Positions 25,581 to 38,889 are shown, numbered from the stretch's first letter. The stretch: DNA of 64,000 nt from Gnetum montanum (GCA_015680685.1 MNCI01002976.1:7223-71222); one strand, 5' to 3'. Made by a program: numbers and translations. Notes: generated by a model not told the origin, from the sequence alone.

Positions 25581-28500
25581 ACTTGACTTTTTTATGTTGA
25601 AAAATTACTCTGAGAGTCTCCAATGCTCAATCGATTACTAGTTTGCCAAAAACGTATTGCAAAATGTCAAAAAAAATTTTGATACTCAAGATTTTAAAGG
25701 TTGTCCAACCCAAAGGACCTATTCAATGTGTTCAAAATTTTTATTTATAGACCATAGGATTGCTAGTTTTTGGCTATAAATTTCTACCATGATTGCTGAC
25801 ATATTGATATAATTTGTAGATGTAGTAGGGCCTTTAATCTCTAGTATATTTTTCAATTTATGGTAATTTTTAATACCTCCAAGGCCATCAAAAACATGCT
25901 AGATACCATAACTAGTAAACAAACTTTTCCAACTATGCTAGCTTTACCCATCCATGCTAGCTTCATGGGATCCATGCTGAAATGTTGGAGAAAATTTTGG
26001 CCTTATGAAGAAATCAAACCTCCAACTACTCCAACACTGGCTTTGTGAACCAATGCCAAGGTTATGGAAGCTATGCTGGTAATTACTATGAAAATGAAAA
26101 CCCAAACTCCCCAACATTGGATGCAGGTGGTTCTAGTGTCGTTGCAGTTATGAACCATGTAAAACCCATGAAAATGCCAAATTTTCCAATCCTTAAGGAC
26201 TTTTTATCCTTCCCAAGCCTAAATATAGACATAACATAACTTTTTTCACTTGGAAAGTGAGGCTATATCAACTTATGAGGCATGTTTTAGCACAAAAATT
26301 TCAAGTATGTGAGATTGCATCTTATGGATTACAAACCCCACATTATTACAATGAAAATCTAGCCTCAAGTGTAGGGTTGAAGGTTATAATGCTAAAAAGG
26401 TTGCAATATGTTTTTTATTGATGGTGTTTCATTGGTTCCTATTTGTTAATGTTTAGATGATTGAGCCAAGAGACATCAACAAAGAATGCAAAACACCATT
26501 GTAGGTCCATCACCAACATTTCCTCTCTGTGCTTGATTCTATAGTGTTGAACCATGCCAAAGAGTGCTTATGATGATGGGATAAGTGTTATGATGACATG
26601 ATATAGGTTAAAGGCTATATTTGGGTACAAAAAAATGGTCATAGGGTTAACAATGAGTTCAAATGTTGACATCGTGGCTGCAGTTATGTTGGTGACATTT
26701 TGGATAATCGATGGAGTCTTCACACTTTATCCTTTGAAGTGTTGATCACTTGGAAATGTTTTTGAGGAACTAACACCTCACTCTAAGGTTTCTTTGGCTA
26801 TTAGGCTCCTCCCTTTGCTTTTTTGTAGTCATTTTTTTATCTTTTGGTCTTTGTTATCCTTTCAACTTCTTGGAAATTTGGTTCCCCATTTTTTTCTTTC
26901 GTTTTTTGGATGAAAACTCTATTAGGTTTCATTACCAAGGCTAGGTTTGATTTTGATTTTTTCACTAAATGAGATGTGTTACATTCATTGGAATTAATGA
27001 TGTAGCATGACAAAGGAAATGTGACATGGCCATAATGCATGAGTGTCAAACATAGGTCATCATTAATGTTTAGGGTAAGGAAGGTTATGATCAAGCTATG
27101 GGATTGCACTCAAGGAGTGGTAATGACAATGATATGAAACAAGCACTCTTGGTGTGATAGGACAAGCTAACCAAGTCTTATGCATCAAGATCACATGGTA
27201 ACTTGCTACTGCGACAAGTTTTACCTTTGCAATGACATCCAAGCTTCATCTTGTAAGTAAAACTTCAAGAGAACAAGAAAACAAAACAAAGAAAAAATGT
27301 TGTTATAGTACAATGCATATGTCCACATAAGACAACTAGCAGACCAAGTTACAATAGGTCACCATTGTTACACCATAGGAAAATCTATGCAATGTATGTC
27401 AAATTTACAATACTTGTAGTTCATTTATTGTGCCAAATAGAGATATTGAAAGAGAGCATGTAGGAAAGCTTATTGTAGACCACTATAGTCATCAACGTTG
27501 GTCATTCGTTGCAACCTATCAACAAAGATAAATAACACTACAAGCAAACATGTGAGTGTTGGATGTAATCAAGGCTATGTGATGGCTTTATTATTATACT
27601 ACAAGGGTCTAATGATTCCTTGAATAGGTTTAAGTTTTGGCAAGGAACTTGGTTTTAGGTGCTTTCTCCTCACCATCATGGTCTATATGGGAACTTCAAC
27701 TAAGGAATCCTTTGTGATGTTTTTGGCTTTAAGATCAATGGTCATCATGCTACTTAAGGGTATTATGGCTATTTAATAGAATGTTTTTAGGGCTTGAGGT
27801 TTGGGTGTTTTAAGGTCAACTTGGTCTAACAATATCATGAAAGGAACCTATTTAGGCTTTAAAGATAGTTGAATTCCTTCCCCATCCTCCTAGATCATTC
27901 TTGCACAACAACATAAGTCCATCAAGTGATGCTTGTATAATAAAATTATTAAATAATGTAAAAACAATAAAAAATATTTTAATAATAAACTAAATGTGAT
28001 TCAAAATAAATTAAATCAATGTCAAAAAAGATGAAAACATGGTCAACAAAGGTCTTAAGAGGTTGATTGGGGCAAATAGGGTGAAATAAAGGCCAAATGA
28101 TGTAGAATCAGGTCAAATAAGGGTCAAATGATGACTAAAACCACATAAAATGGTATCAAAAAATATAAATAAGGTCTTATCAATATTAAATGACATCAAA
28201 TGATGTTTAATGAAGTCAATCAAGGTTCACATGATGCCAAATGATGGAAAAGAGTGCTAAAATAGGGAAGAATTATGTAAACAGTGATCATATTTTGTCA
28301 GTTTTAGGTCTTAGTGAGCTCTGATATCACTAGTTTTAGGCCTTGGTAGACTACAATGTTGCTAGTTTTAGGCCATAGTGCACCATGATATCATTAGTTT
28401 TAAGCCTTGGTGAGCCATGATGTTGCCAATTTTAGGCATTCGTAGGTTGTGGTAAGGGCCTATTTCACTGGGCAGGGTCAAAGCAAGGTAATGCTAACAT

Positions 28501-28869
28501 CCAATGGTGTTAATTGATGTCAAACCAAGTCAACTAAGGTCAAATGATAATAAGTGATAGAAATATTTGGTGAAGTTAGAATCAAATGATACTAAAATGA
28601 TGAAAATGAGGCAACATGTCATCAAATGATAGGGTATCAAATATCAATAATGCATACCAAGGTCAAACCAAGTCAAAACACAATGGAATAAGGCCAAACT
28701 AGTCAAGTTAGGTAACATGGATAAAACATGATTAATATTGGTTAATTAGAGTTAGATTTTACCAATTTTAGACATTAGTGGGTTATGGCGGAAGGCTATA
28801 GGGTTGACAAGGAAGTTTGAACACATGAAGAGGTCACTTTGAGGCTATTTAAGGGTTAAAAAGAGGCTC

Positions 28870-31260
28870 TGTTTGGCATCCATGTTAGATCCATGCTGGC
28901 CAACATAGATAGGGTAAGATCAAACATGGATAGTGTTAACATGTGGAATTTTGGGTTCATTATGGCTAGTTTTTGGGTTTTGATGGTCTATATTGGCAAC
29001 ATAGTGGATTGAGGATGGAGATTGGTCAATTCTGGTATTGATTTCATCCTTTGGGGGCCACAAATGCCATCAAGAACTACCATCCATGTTGAAACTACAT
29101 TGGTAGCATGGACCTAACATGGTTCTATGAGTGAAAAGAGTTTTTGGCATCCCAAGGCCAAAATTTATGTTCTTTAGCTTCCTAGGGTAGTGTAGGAACA
29201 TTAGGGTTGGGAACCTATCATTTGAAGGCTAAAACATGCTACCAAAAGTGGGTTTTGAGGCCTTTTTCCTTCAAAGATATAGTAGCCAACATAGATGGGC
29301 TAGCCCTAGCATGGATGAATAAGACATAATTTTTTTATATTTCAAACATTTCCAAATTAGAGCTGGACTCAAGGCCTCATGGTTCTAGGTTTCCTGAATT
29401 AGGTTTTACACCATTTAGAGTAAGGTAATGTTACCAAAACTAGTTTAGAATCTCAATCATGTTAGAGCCATGGTGGCCAACATGGCTCTAGCCCTCCTCA
29501 GTGTGGTTGCATTTGGATTTTGAATTTTAGTATGTTTTGGTGATCATGACCCAAGTTCCTGGGTTCTTGAGGTTCTTGGTATTCATGATAAGGCTTTTGA
29601 CACATAATTGTTAATTTTGAAGGGTTTTTTATTTTTAATATAGCCATACCCCTTGGACCACACTAGCCCACATAGTCCTACCATGGATGAGGGATATATG
29701 ATGGATTTTTACCATTTTTGATTTAATTTCTAGGATTTGGTAATCTCTAGAGGCTCCAGTAGGATTCTAGGATTAGTATGATGCACTGGGATGATAATTT
29801 GGCTTGTTTATGATCTATTTTTGATTTTCTACAAAGTTTCCATGCTAGGACCATACTGGCTAGTGTGGATGGGGGCTCCCTATCATGGTTATGGGTTTAA
29901 AGTAGAATTTGAATTATTTTGTCTTGTTATTTAATGTCCTAAGGTTACTGGAGGCTCCAAGAAGGTTTGGAGGCAATGATGTCATTTTGAAGGTTATTTT
30001 TTGGTCTTTGGTAGTTGAACCTAATCCAACCATGCTAGGACCACGTTGGCCAACATGGTTGAGATTTCCTCTAGCATGGCTCTAAGATTAAAGTGGAGTT
30101 TTGCCTAATTTGTCCTAGTTATTCAACATTCTAGGGTTGTCGAAGGCTCCAAGAAGGTGTAATGGTCAAGAAATTTAACTTTGAAGGTTGTTTATGGCAT
30201 ATGATGGATAAATCCCTACTAACCATGCTAAGACTATGCTAGATAGCATGGTTGTAGTGCCTTCCATCATTGTTCATCCAAAATAAGTTATTTTCAACAT
30301 CTTTTATTAGGTTTCAAGTATTTTGGAGCTACCAGAGTCTTTGGCTAGGGTATGGGGTTTGGAGTGACCATTATGGAGTTGATTTGACATGTTAGTGATC
30401 TATTTTTTGGGTATTCATGGAGTATCCATATTGGGACCATGTTGGCGAGTATGGATGGAGGCTTACTCAGTGTGGGTCGAAGGTTCAACTGGATTTTGAC
30501 CTATTTTTACTTAGTTTTCTAACATTTCAAGGTTGATAGAGATAATAGAAAGGTGTGAAGGTTGGGATATGTCATTTTGAAGGTTTTTGTTGGCCTTTGG
30601 TGGTTAAACCCCATCTAACCATGCTAGGACGATGTTGGCTAGCATAGTTGGGGTGCCCCCTAGTGTGGCTCTAAAGTTAGGGTGGGTTTTGACTGATTTT
30701 CCCACTTATTTGACATTTCAAGATGACTAGAGACTCTAGGGATATGTAAAGGTTAAGAAATGCTACTTTGAAGATTATTCAAGATAGTTAATAATCATAC
30801 CCCTATCAACCACATTGGGACTACATTAGCCAACATGGTTTGGGTATCCCTCAGCATGGTTGAAGTAAAATTTGTGGTTTCTAGTACTTTTTGTTGGGTT
30901 TTAGGACATTTTGAAGCTGTTGGAGGCTACAGCTATAGTTTAGGACTTAGTGTGATCATTCTACAATTAATTGAAAACTTGGTTGGTGTTTGTAACCCCC
31001 ATCCCTCTTTAGACTATGTTGGCTAGCATAGTTTGGATCACGACCAATGTAGTTACCTAATATAACTAATTTTATTATAGTTTTTACCTTCCTTCAATGT
31101 TTGGTACCTTCTAATGTCGATACCCTATTTAGAATTTTGGTATGAAGGTTTATTTGCCTTGATATGCTATGAATGGGTTGCTAGGAGATGGGTTTTAACA
31201 ATGTTCGATGCTTGGAATCCATTCCAACGCTAGGGACTTAACCCTAGTGTAGATGTGGGT
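28870..31260. repeat. ~190-200-bp tandem array (~12 diverged units) in the PR-RT interval of copy A
   Basis: Core CCATGCTAGGACCATGTTGGCCAACATGG recurs at ~28880, 29084, 29458, 29650, 29840, 30030, 30223, 30426, 30619, 30810 and 31005. Confidence 0.85.
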
Positions 31261-32667
31261 CAAAGTTATAAATCCTAGTATTTTATAATTTTTGGTTTTT
31301 TTTGGAAGGCTAAATTGGTTAGAACACATGGTTATGATACAATAATTACTCATGAAAAATGTAAATTAACTAGACAAGCCAACAGTAAACTAAGGCATAA
31401 TGGCTAAAAATAGGTTGTAAAAGTATTGCTAGTTTTAGGTTTTGGAAAGACACTAGTTTAAGGCCTTGGAAGGTTATGTTTTGCTATTTTTAGGCCTTAG
31501 TGGGCCATAGTTTTCCTAGTTTTAGGCCATGAAGGATCATGTTCTTTACATTGTTTAGCAAGTATGGGATGCTCTTGAAAGAGCATATAAGGCTAGAGCT
31601 AATATTAAAACATGATATAATTCCAAAAATGTGATCAAATGATCCTTAATAAGAGAGGGGATAAGACATTTACTATGAACTTATTGCTTGATCTTTGATA
31701 GATCAATGAGTCCGTTTGGCATGATCTTGTGCTCACCATATCTCTTGTTCAACATGGTAAGTTGCATGTATTTTCATTGAACACCCCATGTTGTAGAGTT
31801 GATATAGCTAGCATTATTATTATCTTTGTTGTTGGTGGTCCCAATCTAAGTATCGGGAGTTTCCTCTTGAAACTACACCTATAAACCTTGGTTATTATTA
31901 ATATAGTTAACTAAAGGTACCAACACATTTTCTCCATGGATCATAATTTCCCCTTCCTCATATGGAAAATGAATCTCTAGGTGTATAGGAGATGAGACCA
32001 TGTAGATCTTAGCCAACTAGGTTCTTCCTAGAATTAGGTTGAAGTTAGGTCTCTTCAACTCCTAGGAAGTATGTGAATGTAGGAAATTTCTCGCTAGTTA
32101 TGAAATCTAAGAAGATAGAACCTTGCACTAGTACTAACTCATTAAATGACTAGAGTGGTGAGGTTGTGGTTGCTGGGATGTTCTCAATTAAGGCTAGTTT
32201 GTACACAATGGAAAATGATACTACATTAGTTGCCATCCCATCATTCATATGGACACATTTAATCTTGTACATGCCAACACATATGATAATTAGGAGAGGG
32301 GCAAATAAAAAATTCCTATTTCAAGTGTCAATATTCACCTCATTTTCATAAAAGTCAAGTATTGGTTGATGCCCATTTTCCTTAAGTAAAGCTTGTTCAA
32401 TGATAGAGTAGATAGACTTTCTATTGGGAGGCATGTCTCTTCTCATAGGGATAGAAGTCAATGCTTGAGCTATTGCATCTCTATGAGTAGGAGAAGTTAT
32501 AACTAGGTTGTATAGGCTTGGTGATGTGTTTTTTTTTGTTTAAGGGATTGTTTCACTTGTTCCCTTGTTGTAAGAAATTTTCCTTTAGCATGTGATATTT
32601 TAGCCTTAGTGGTCTTAACATCCTTCATCATTCCTACAATTTGTGGCTTAGGTTTTAATGTGGTTTC

Positions 32668-35600
32668 TGTTGGCGACCATTTGGGACATGATTGCCAACG
32701 AGTGTCCTCGAACAGGATTTAGGTGCTTGCTAGTCTCTCGCAACACCAAGGCTCAGATACCTACAAATAGACTTAGTAGTTAATGTGAGTATGTGTGTGT
32801 GCTGTTGTGAAAAATGAAACAATTGGGTTGTGTGTGAAACTATAAATGACTTATCTTAAAGATATTCAGCTAACTTTGCAAAGTATTGTGAGTTGTTGAG
32901 AGTTCCTATTTTGTTCAATTGCCTAGTCTATGTGGTCTTTATAATACCTACTTGTAACAAATAAAGTTTTGCAAAAACATTTAAGCACAACTCTGCAAGT
33001 CTACTTCTAATCTTTCCCAGAGAAAGAGATAGTTCCACAAGAAAATTATAAATAGAGCGAGATTCAATGGAAATAGAAATAAGAGAAAAAGAAAGCAGAT
33101 TTGTGTAAAGATCTCAAATGTTTAAACAAGGTAAAATGATACGAGTAAAAAATTCACAATAAAGCTATCCCAAATTCAATAACTACAAATTTTTTAAACT
33201 TCCAAGGCTCAAATAAACAATTTCTTCAGGACAATCCTACTATGCTACCCAAAAAATTGCTACATAAACCATCATGTACCAAACTCTATTTTGGCTAGAT
33301 AATGGATGTCAACAATTGCATTCAACAAAACCTTCAAACGACTTGACAATTTATGATTGAAATACCATGGAGATTCACTTTAAAGATAAAAGAAGCTATT
33401 CTAGTCTTATCAAAATACCAAAGATTTTTTGAACCCTCCTGACTATTTAATTGTTCAATGAATTGACTACATGCAGAGGCTCTCTTACAACAATCTCAAT
33501 AGCGGTTCTTTTACATTGCCCAATAATAAAATTCACTACTAAAATGCTCTTAAGACTTTCAAACACAAGCTCTTCTATGGCAAAATTTTAATAGAAATTT
33601 TCTATCATGCAACAAGAACAATAAGAGCAATCTAAAAATTCCAAAATTATTTGCCAAGCATGATACTATCTAAAACACTAGCTAAACAAGTTAAAAAAAA
33701 TAAAAAATAAACATAACTCATAGGAATATGACAAAGAGGCTAAAATGTTGTCTTTAATAAGTTATCTTACAAGCAATCTTTCACAATGTCTTCTTTACAA
33801 ATGCTCTTCTCCCTTCTCTTTCACCAAGACCCAGAGTGAAACCCCCTTTCCTTTAACCCTTGAAGCCTTTTTATAGGGTCTCATAGGTAGTTAGATATTA
33901 CAAAATATCTTGGGTAACTTTTCTCCCAAGTAAGGAAGTTATAACTTGCCCAACAAGTTAGGAAGTTATAACTTATACACGAAGTTAGGAGAAAACCATG
34001 CTAACATTGGCACGTGTCTTTACAAAATTTACAAATATTTCTTTCATAATAAGTCATAACCTATATAATAATTTTAGAAAATAAAGCCAAGATCTCCATA
34101 CAATAAGCACTCCATACAATTGTCATTTTATTTCTGTTTAAGATTTCAATTGTTAAATATCATTACCCACCGTGTACAAATCCCTAGTAATTTTCATGAA
34201 TAGGTGGTACTAAGAAAGTAATTCAGCATCCATCTTAGTGTAGATGTTGGTGGAGGCGGCTGCATGATCTTTCAAATCAAGAAAGCCGATCCTTGCAAGT
34301 CAAGCATACCATCTGATGCTTGTATAACTAAATCATCTGCATTTGCACTTGATGCATGCTTTATATCCACGTAAAATTTGTTGTTGGTTTCCTTGGAAAA
34401 GTGACTCTCACTGGGTAAAGAAATTTGAATACGGTGGTGACCACTTGGCACCATTACAGGAGGTGCTTCAATCAGCAACACATCCTTTAACTTTTTGAAG
34501 CCTCATTTTCCTGCTATCATCATCTCCCAGTAATTGATTCTTCCTTCCTTGTCTTGTCATTCCAAACACGCATTTTCTTCTTCCCATAGGCTGTTGTTGT
34601 TGTTTCTTTCCCATCAAAGTATCCATATACCACATGCCTGGTCATCACTTTGCTACACCAGATCCACAACCTTCTTCATCAAACATGCAATGCCACCATT
34701 ATTATCTAACGCCGCCCGTGCATCACTCGTAACAGCTAACACTAGCTCTGTGCATAATCCTTTGGCAGCTACCATGTTACGCATCATTGCATTCTTCCCC
34801 ATTATTTTGGTGGTTATGTTACCCATTTCTCTATCCCTCTTTTCTTGAATTTCTTTACTTGAATGGTGACTAGTATTTCCATTACATCAAAGAGGTCATG
34901 CGTGCATTATTTTAGGCAGTGTAGATAATAGCAAAATAAGTAGTTTTAGCTACATATGAAATCTAGAATAATGCCGTCATTTGATTCAGATGATGCCATC
35001 TCCATTTTCACCAATGGCTCCATCGAAACAGTAGGCGTTGACGGTGGCGTTGGCTCTGGCTTGATCTAGCCGAAGGAGGTCACATGTTGATGCTACCCTC
35101 ATCTTCTTGACATGGTAGAAGTGGGATATTTGGAACATTCTACGTAGTATTCTATCTTTTTGTTGTTGGAATTTCATTCATTAAGCAATCTTTTATCTCC
35201 GCAACATCAAGGGCTTGACCACGGCGTGCTCTAACTTTGGGAGGCGCTAATGGCGCAGCACCAGCTGTTAGAGGAGCCTGGTAACGAAACTAATTTCAGG
35301 TTCTCTATTCAAACATTTTTCAGCTGAACTTTTAATTACATGCGACACTGAAATCCAGCGCAGTATTTGAGATACATAAATATTTTGCACTTTTGGAGCT
35401 TTGGTAGATTTATTAAATCTCTACAGCTGCACCAGAAGCAGCTATGGTGTCCGTGATGTTTCACGTGAGTGTTTCACTATGGCCGTGGGACAGAGTTCAG
35501 CTGCCGCATTTCGTGAAGTTTGGTTGCAATTGTAGGTTGTGGTGATTGTAGTGCATGACCACCATTTCGACACCAAATAATGTCGTGAGCAAGAACACGT

Positions 35601-36249
35601 TGAAGTTGCTCGCATTCGATGAGGACTTGGATTTTGACTTTACGAGCGATGGTGTCAAGGATGAAGATGATGGTGATGACAACGAGGATGACCACATGGA
35701 AGCACTGGGTGAGCTTCATAGATAAGGGTAGGGATTTCCTCATCATGGGAGATTGCAAGCTCGACGAGCATGTGTAGAGGACCACCGGGAAACAGAACGG
35801 CGACAACATTGTAGAGGGCCATGGCCACAAGTAGAATCCATGTGGTCCACTGCAGTAGCGTGGTGAACCAGTAGGCCACTAGCATACCTAGTAACACCAC
35901 CACAGCCCCACCCATGTATGCTAGAACCACGAAGGCTACCAAGTTTATGTACCAACGCAGGAACCTTGTGCAGCGGAAATAGAAGAGACATACCAGCATG
36001 AATGTTACCACTGTGACCAACAGCATGCACAATGAAACTAGGATCACAATTTTGATTATTTCTTCTCCCAGGTTATGCAGTATGCTCCCTCTCTACCTCT
36101 CTTATTCTTCCTCTAACATGATGCTTTTGGCATAAAAACTTAGACAGTGCTTAGCATCAGCATTTTCTGATCTATTTTTTTTTTCTAAAACCGTTGCTCA
36201 TATTTTATCATATCAACCTATTCCATGAAATGGCCAAAATGTGCCAACA
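32668..36249 (-). mobile_element. 3582-bp solo-LTR-like insertion carrying host gene-derived sequence
   Basis: Ends TGTTGGC...GCCAACA with a perfect 5-bp TSD GTTTC (32663-32667, 36250-36254). The gag of copy A rejoins across it. Minus-strand CCCTATAAAAAGG at ~33865-33878, preceded by two AAGTTATAACTT palindromes. Confidence 0.85.
34900..36119 (-). pseudogene. Presenilin-derived pseudogene with internal deletions; 3' end approximate
   Basis: From ATG 36119 (two early in-frame stops): GSILHNLGEEIIKIVILVSLCMLLV / TVVTFMLVCLFYFRCTRFLRWY...MGGAV / VVLLGMLVAYWFTTLLQWTTWILLVAMALYNVVAVLFPGGPLHMLVELAISHDEEIPTLIYEAHP. This matches plant presenilin (WFTKLPEWTTW, ALYDLVAVLAPGGPL, LVELASSRDEELPAL.YEARP). 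A frameshift into a Ser-rich loop follows. Confidence 0.92.
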
Positions 36250-38889
36250 GTTTCCTTGGATCCCATATCTATGAATGTAGTTGATTTTGGTGTGGACCTT
36301 GATTGGTTAAGTTGTCTTAAAGCCTTTCATTATTGGTTACCTTCAATGGACTCCATTGTTGGTTTGGGAACTGGTTATTTTCATTGGCATTTTGATGATG
36401 ATTTCTTGCTAACCTCTAAGTTAAGGGTTACTGTAGGTGGGCTTTAAACACACATTGTTATGGTTTTACTTATTAAAGATGGAGGAACCTGGATAATGAA
36501 TGGTTCCTTAGGCTTTGAAGGATTAGTATCTCGTGGTCTGGGCTATGAAGTTGATGCCACTAAAAGGGGGACACGTATGATGAAAGGTATCTTAGGGGCT
36601 AAGGGAGGTGATATCCTAATGATGAAGGGCTATCTAGGCTTTGTGTTTTAAGACTACAGTGGTACTCTAATGATAAAAGGATCCCTAAGAGGATTAGATT
36701 GTTTTGTTTCTATCAATAAGGCTACAGTATGGGAGTTGTTGTTGGTGCTTGGAGAGCAAGGCTCATTGAACATCAACCCTCCATGATCTATCATCTTCTC
36801 AAGGTCATCCTTTAATGTTAGGAAAAAATCAATGTCATGACTAGCCATTTGATGATAATGGCAAATACCTATCTAGTCTAAAGTACTTCAATAACTTTGG
36901 ATCATCTTTGATAGTTATCGTTGGATCTCTATCTATGTCACAAAGATGATCATGCCTCCTACAAGCTTCCTAAGATAGTTTCTTATGTTGTATATAGTTG
37001 TCTTTAAGCCACTATTGTAAAAGATTAGAGGGCTTCATAAGCAACCTAGTATACTTTGACCTATCCTTCCACCCAAAGTTTGATCTTGATTGATTTGGAT
37101 AGGAAGTGAATAGTTACGATGAGTCAGGGGATGTGTTGCATGGTTGTGATCCCCATCTCTCTACTTTTTTTAACTCCTTGGATACTAAGGCCATGGTTGT
37201 ATGTTCTTTCATAGCTTTTAAAATACCACAAAATTTTGCATATTATAATCAATCTTCATCATGTAGCTTTCACCCCATGAAACCTAAGGTAAAATTTCAT
37301 TGTAAATGTGAAAATTATAACCCAAAATGGGAAATTTCAAATAGTTTATACTTTTGGGGCCGAAAAATGCCTCATAAGTGGTCCAAGCCTCATTCCCTAA
37401 GTGAGAAAAGGTTACCTATTATCTATATTTTGTCTTGGGAGGATCAAAAAATCCTTTTGGAATGCCAAAAAAGGAAATTTGATGGGTTTCATGGGGGGTA
37501 TGCATTTTTCTACGTTGGAACCATCTGTACGGGGATAGATCTCACCTACCTCCAATGTGGAAGAGAGGAGGGTTTAAAAAATTTCTCCCCTTCAATGTGG
37601 ACACCAAATTCATAACTCAAAAACTTTTCCCCAACTTGGAAAATTTCCCCTTTAGCTTGGAAAGTTTTCCCCCAATGCAAAATTTTTTCCCAAGCCTTGA
37701 AACTTTTTCCCCTACCTTAGAAAGATTTTTTCCCAATGTGAAAAATTCAATTTCCTAGTGTGGAAGCCACAAGAAGAAAAATTCATTAATTCATGCACTT
37801 CAATGTTGACCAAACACTTCAAGAAACATGGTGGATATCTTAGCATGGAAGATTCATCTCCAACGTGGAAGGTGTGCCCTAGTTAGTATTTACAGTAAAT
37901 GAAATGACCATGGGGGAGGCACTTACTATGTATAGTAACCCCTCAAATTTGGACACCCATCTCACCTAAATTTGTAGCAAATTTATAGCCATTTTCAAAA
38001 AAAATTGTAGTTTTTTCATAGCCAATTTGTAGCCAAATCATGGTAATTTGTAGCCTCATTCATGGCCTAAAGACCCTATGAAAGCCAACCTCCAACACCA
38101 TTGAGAGATTCCATGTTCCAAAATTTTTTAGCAAGTTAAGCATTTTTTGTTCAAGTAATTTTGAAATAATTTTCATTCACATAATTCAATACTTGGAGAA
38201 TTTTCAAGCACTCAAGAAGTCTTACAAATTCCCATACTTGAATTCTCTTGAACCATAATGTGGAAGTAGTGAGGCCTTGAGATCTGGTACATTTTTAGTG
38301 TTAATACTGCACTTCTAGGATTCCAAACCCAGCATGGAGAAACTTGGCATCCAAATATTCCACCTTTCTCACTCTCCATTAATGACCCAATTGGTAGATC
38401 CAAGGTTATGGCAGCAAAGGAAGGTTTGATAACATCAAGAGTGGCTTAGCATCTAGATCATGGAGTAGATCACCTTAGCTTCTATAGGCTTTGAACTCTT
38501 GCATAAGTGAACTCCATTTTTGCTCATCCAAGAACCATTTGTACACATTTCTCTAAATTATTATTTATTCTTTTCTCAATAAAAGTTTTGAGTTTTTTGT
38601 TCAAAAATAAATTTATTATATGTGCATTATTCAAATCTATTCATATTTCCACATTTTGCATCTCCTAAGTCCCTAGTTGATCTGCCAAACTAGCTAGGGC
38701 ACTTTAAATCCCATTTTTATCATGAAGGCCTTGGGGATGGGGAACTACTTGCATCGAGGATTCTTAGCTTTTCATTCTAGCAATTAAGGTTTTTGGTCAC
38801 AATAGTTTTTCTTGGCACTAGAAGACAGGTCTTTGGCAAAATTATATAACCAAATCTATTCTTTTCATAGTCGTTTACAAGCCTTTCAT

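Larger units (their letters stand above)
27620..37100 (-). mobile_element. Ogre/Tat-type element copy A: gag (36250-37100, 32350-32667), protease (31900-32350), ~3.8-kb interval with tandem array, start of pol linker (27620-27890); RT-INT missing
   Basis: HDIDFFLTLKDDLEKMID (36654-36848) matches 41775-41830. Protease tail FNLILGR...HLEIHFPYEEGEIMIHG matches 43010-43130. 27620-27760 matches 53540-53650 (SLVEVPI...GEEK). The element may extend left to ~25700. Confidence 0.8.

Noticed and set aside
26440-27300. Possible minus-strand ORF 3' of copy A's pol remnant (including 26837-27109)
   Set aside because: Many stops and no recognisable motif; cannot be supported without a database search.
28870-31260. 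CRISPR-like interpretation of the regularly spaced palindromic repeats (also 49300-52750 and 57678-57870)
   Set aside because: Eukaryotic TE context, no cas genes, and the spacers are homologous to each other.
32750-32762. Met-PBS-like GGTATCTGAGCC on the minus strand
   Set aside because: It lies ~85 bp inside the TSD-defined end and is not followed by internal sequence; it also fits a TTGTAG|GT splice-like site. Not fully excluded.
34102-36154. 8-bp inverted repeat TAAGCACT/AGTGCTTA bracketing the captured segment as a Pack-type DNA transposon TIR
   Set aside because: Too short, and no matching TSD found.
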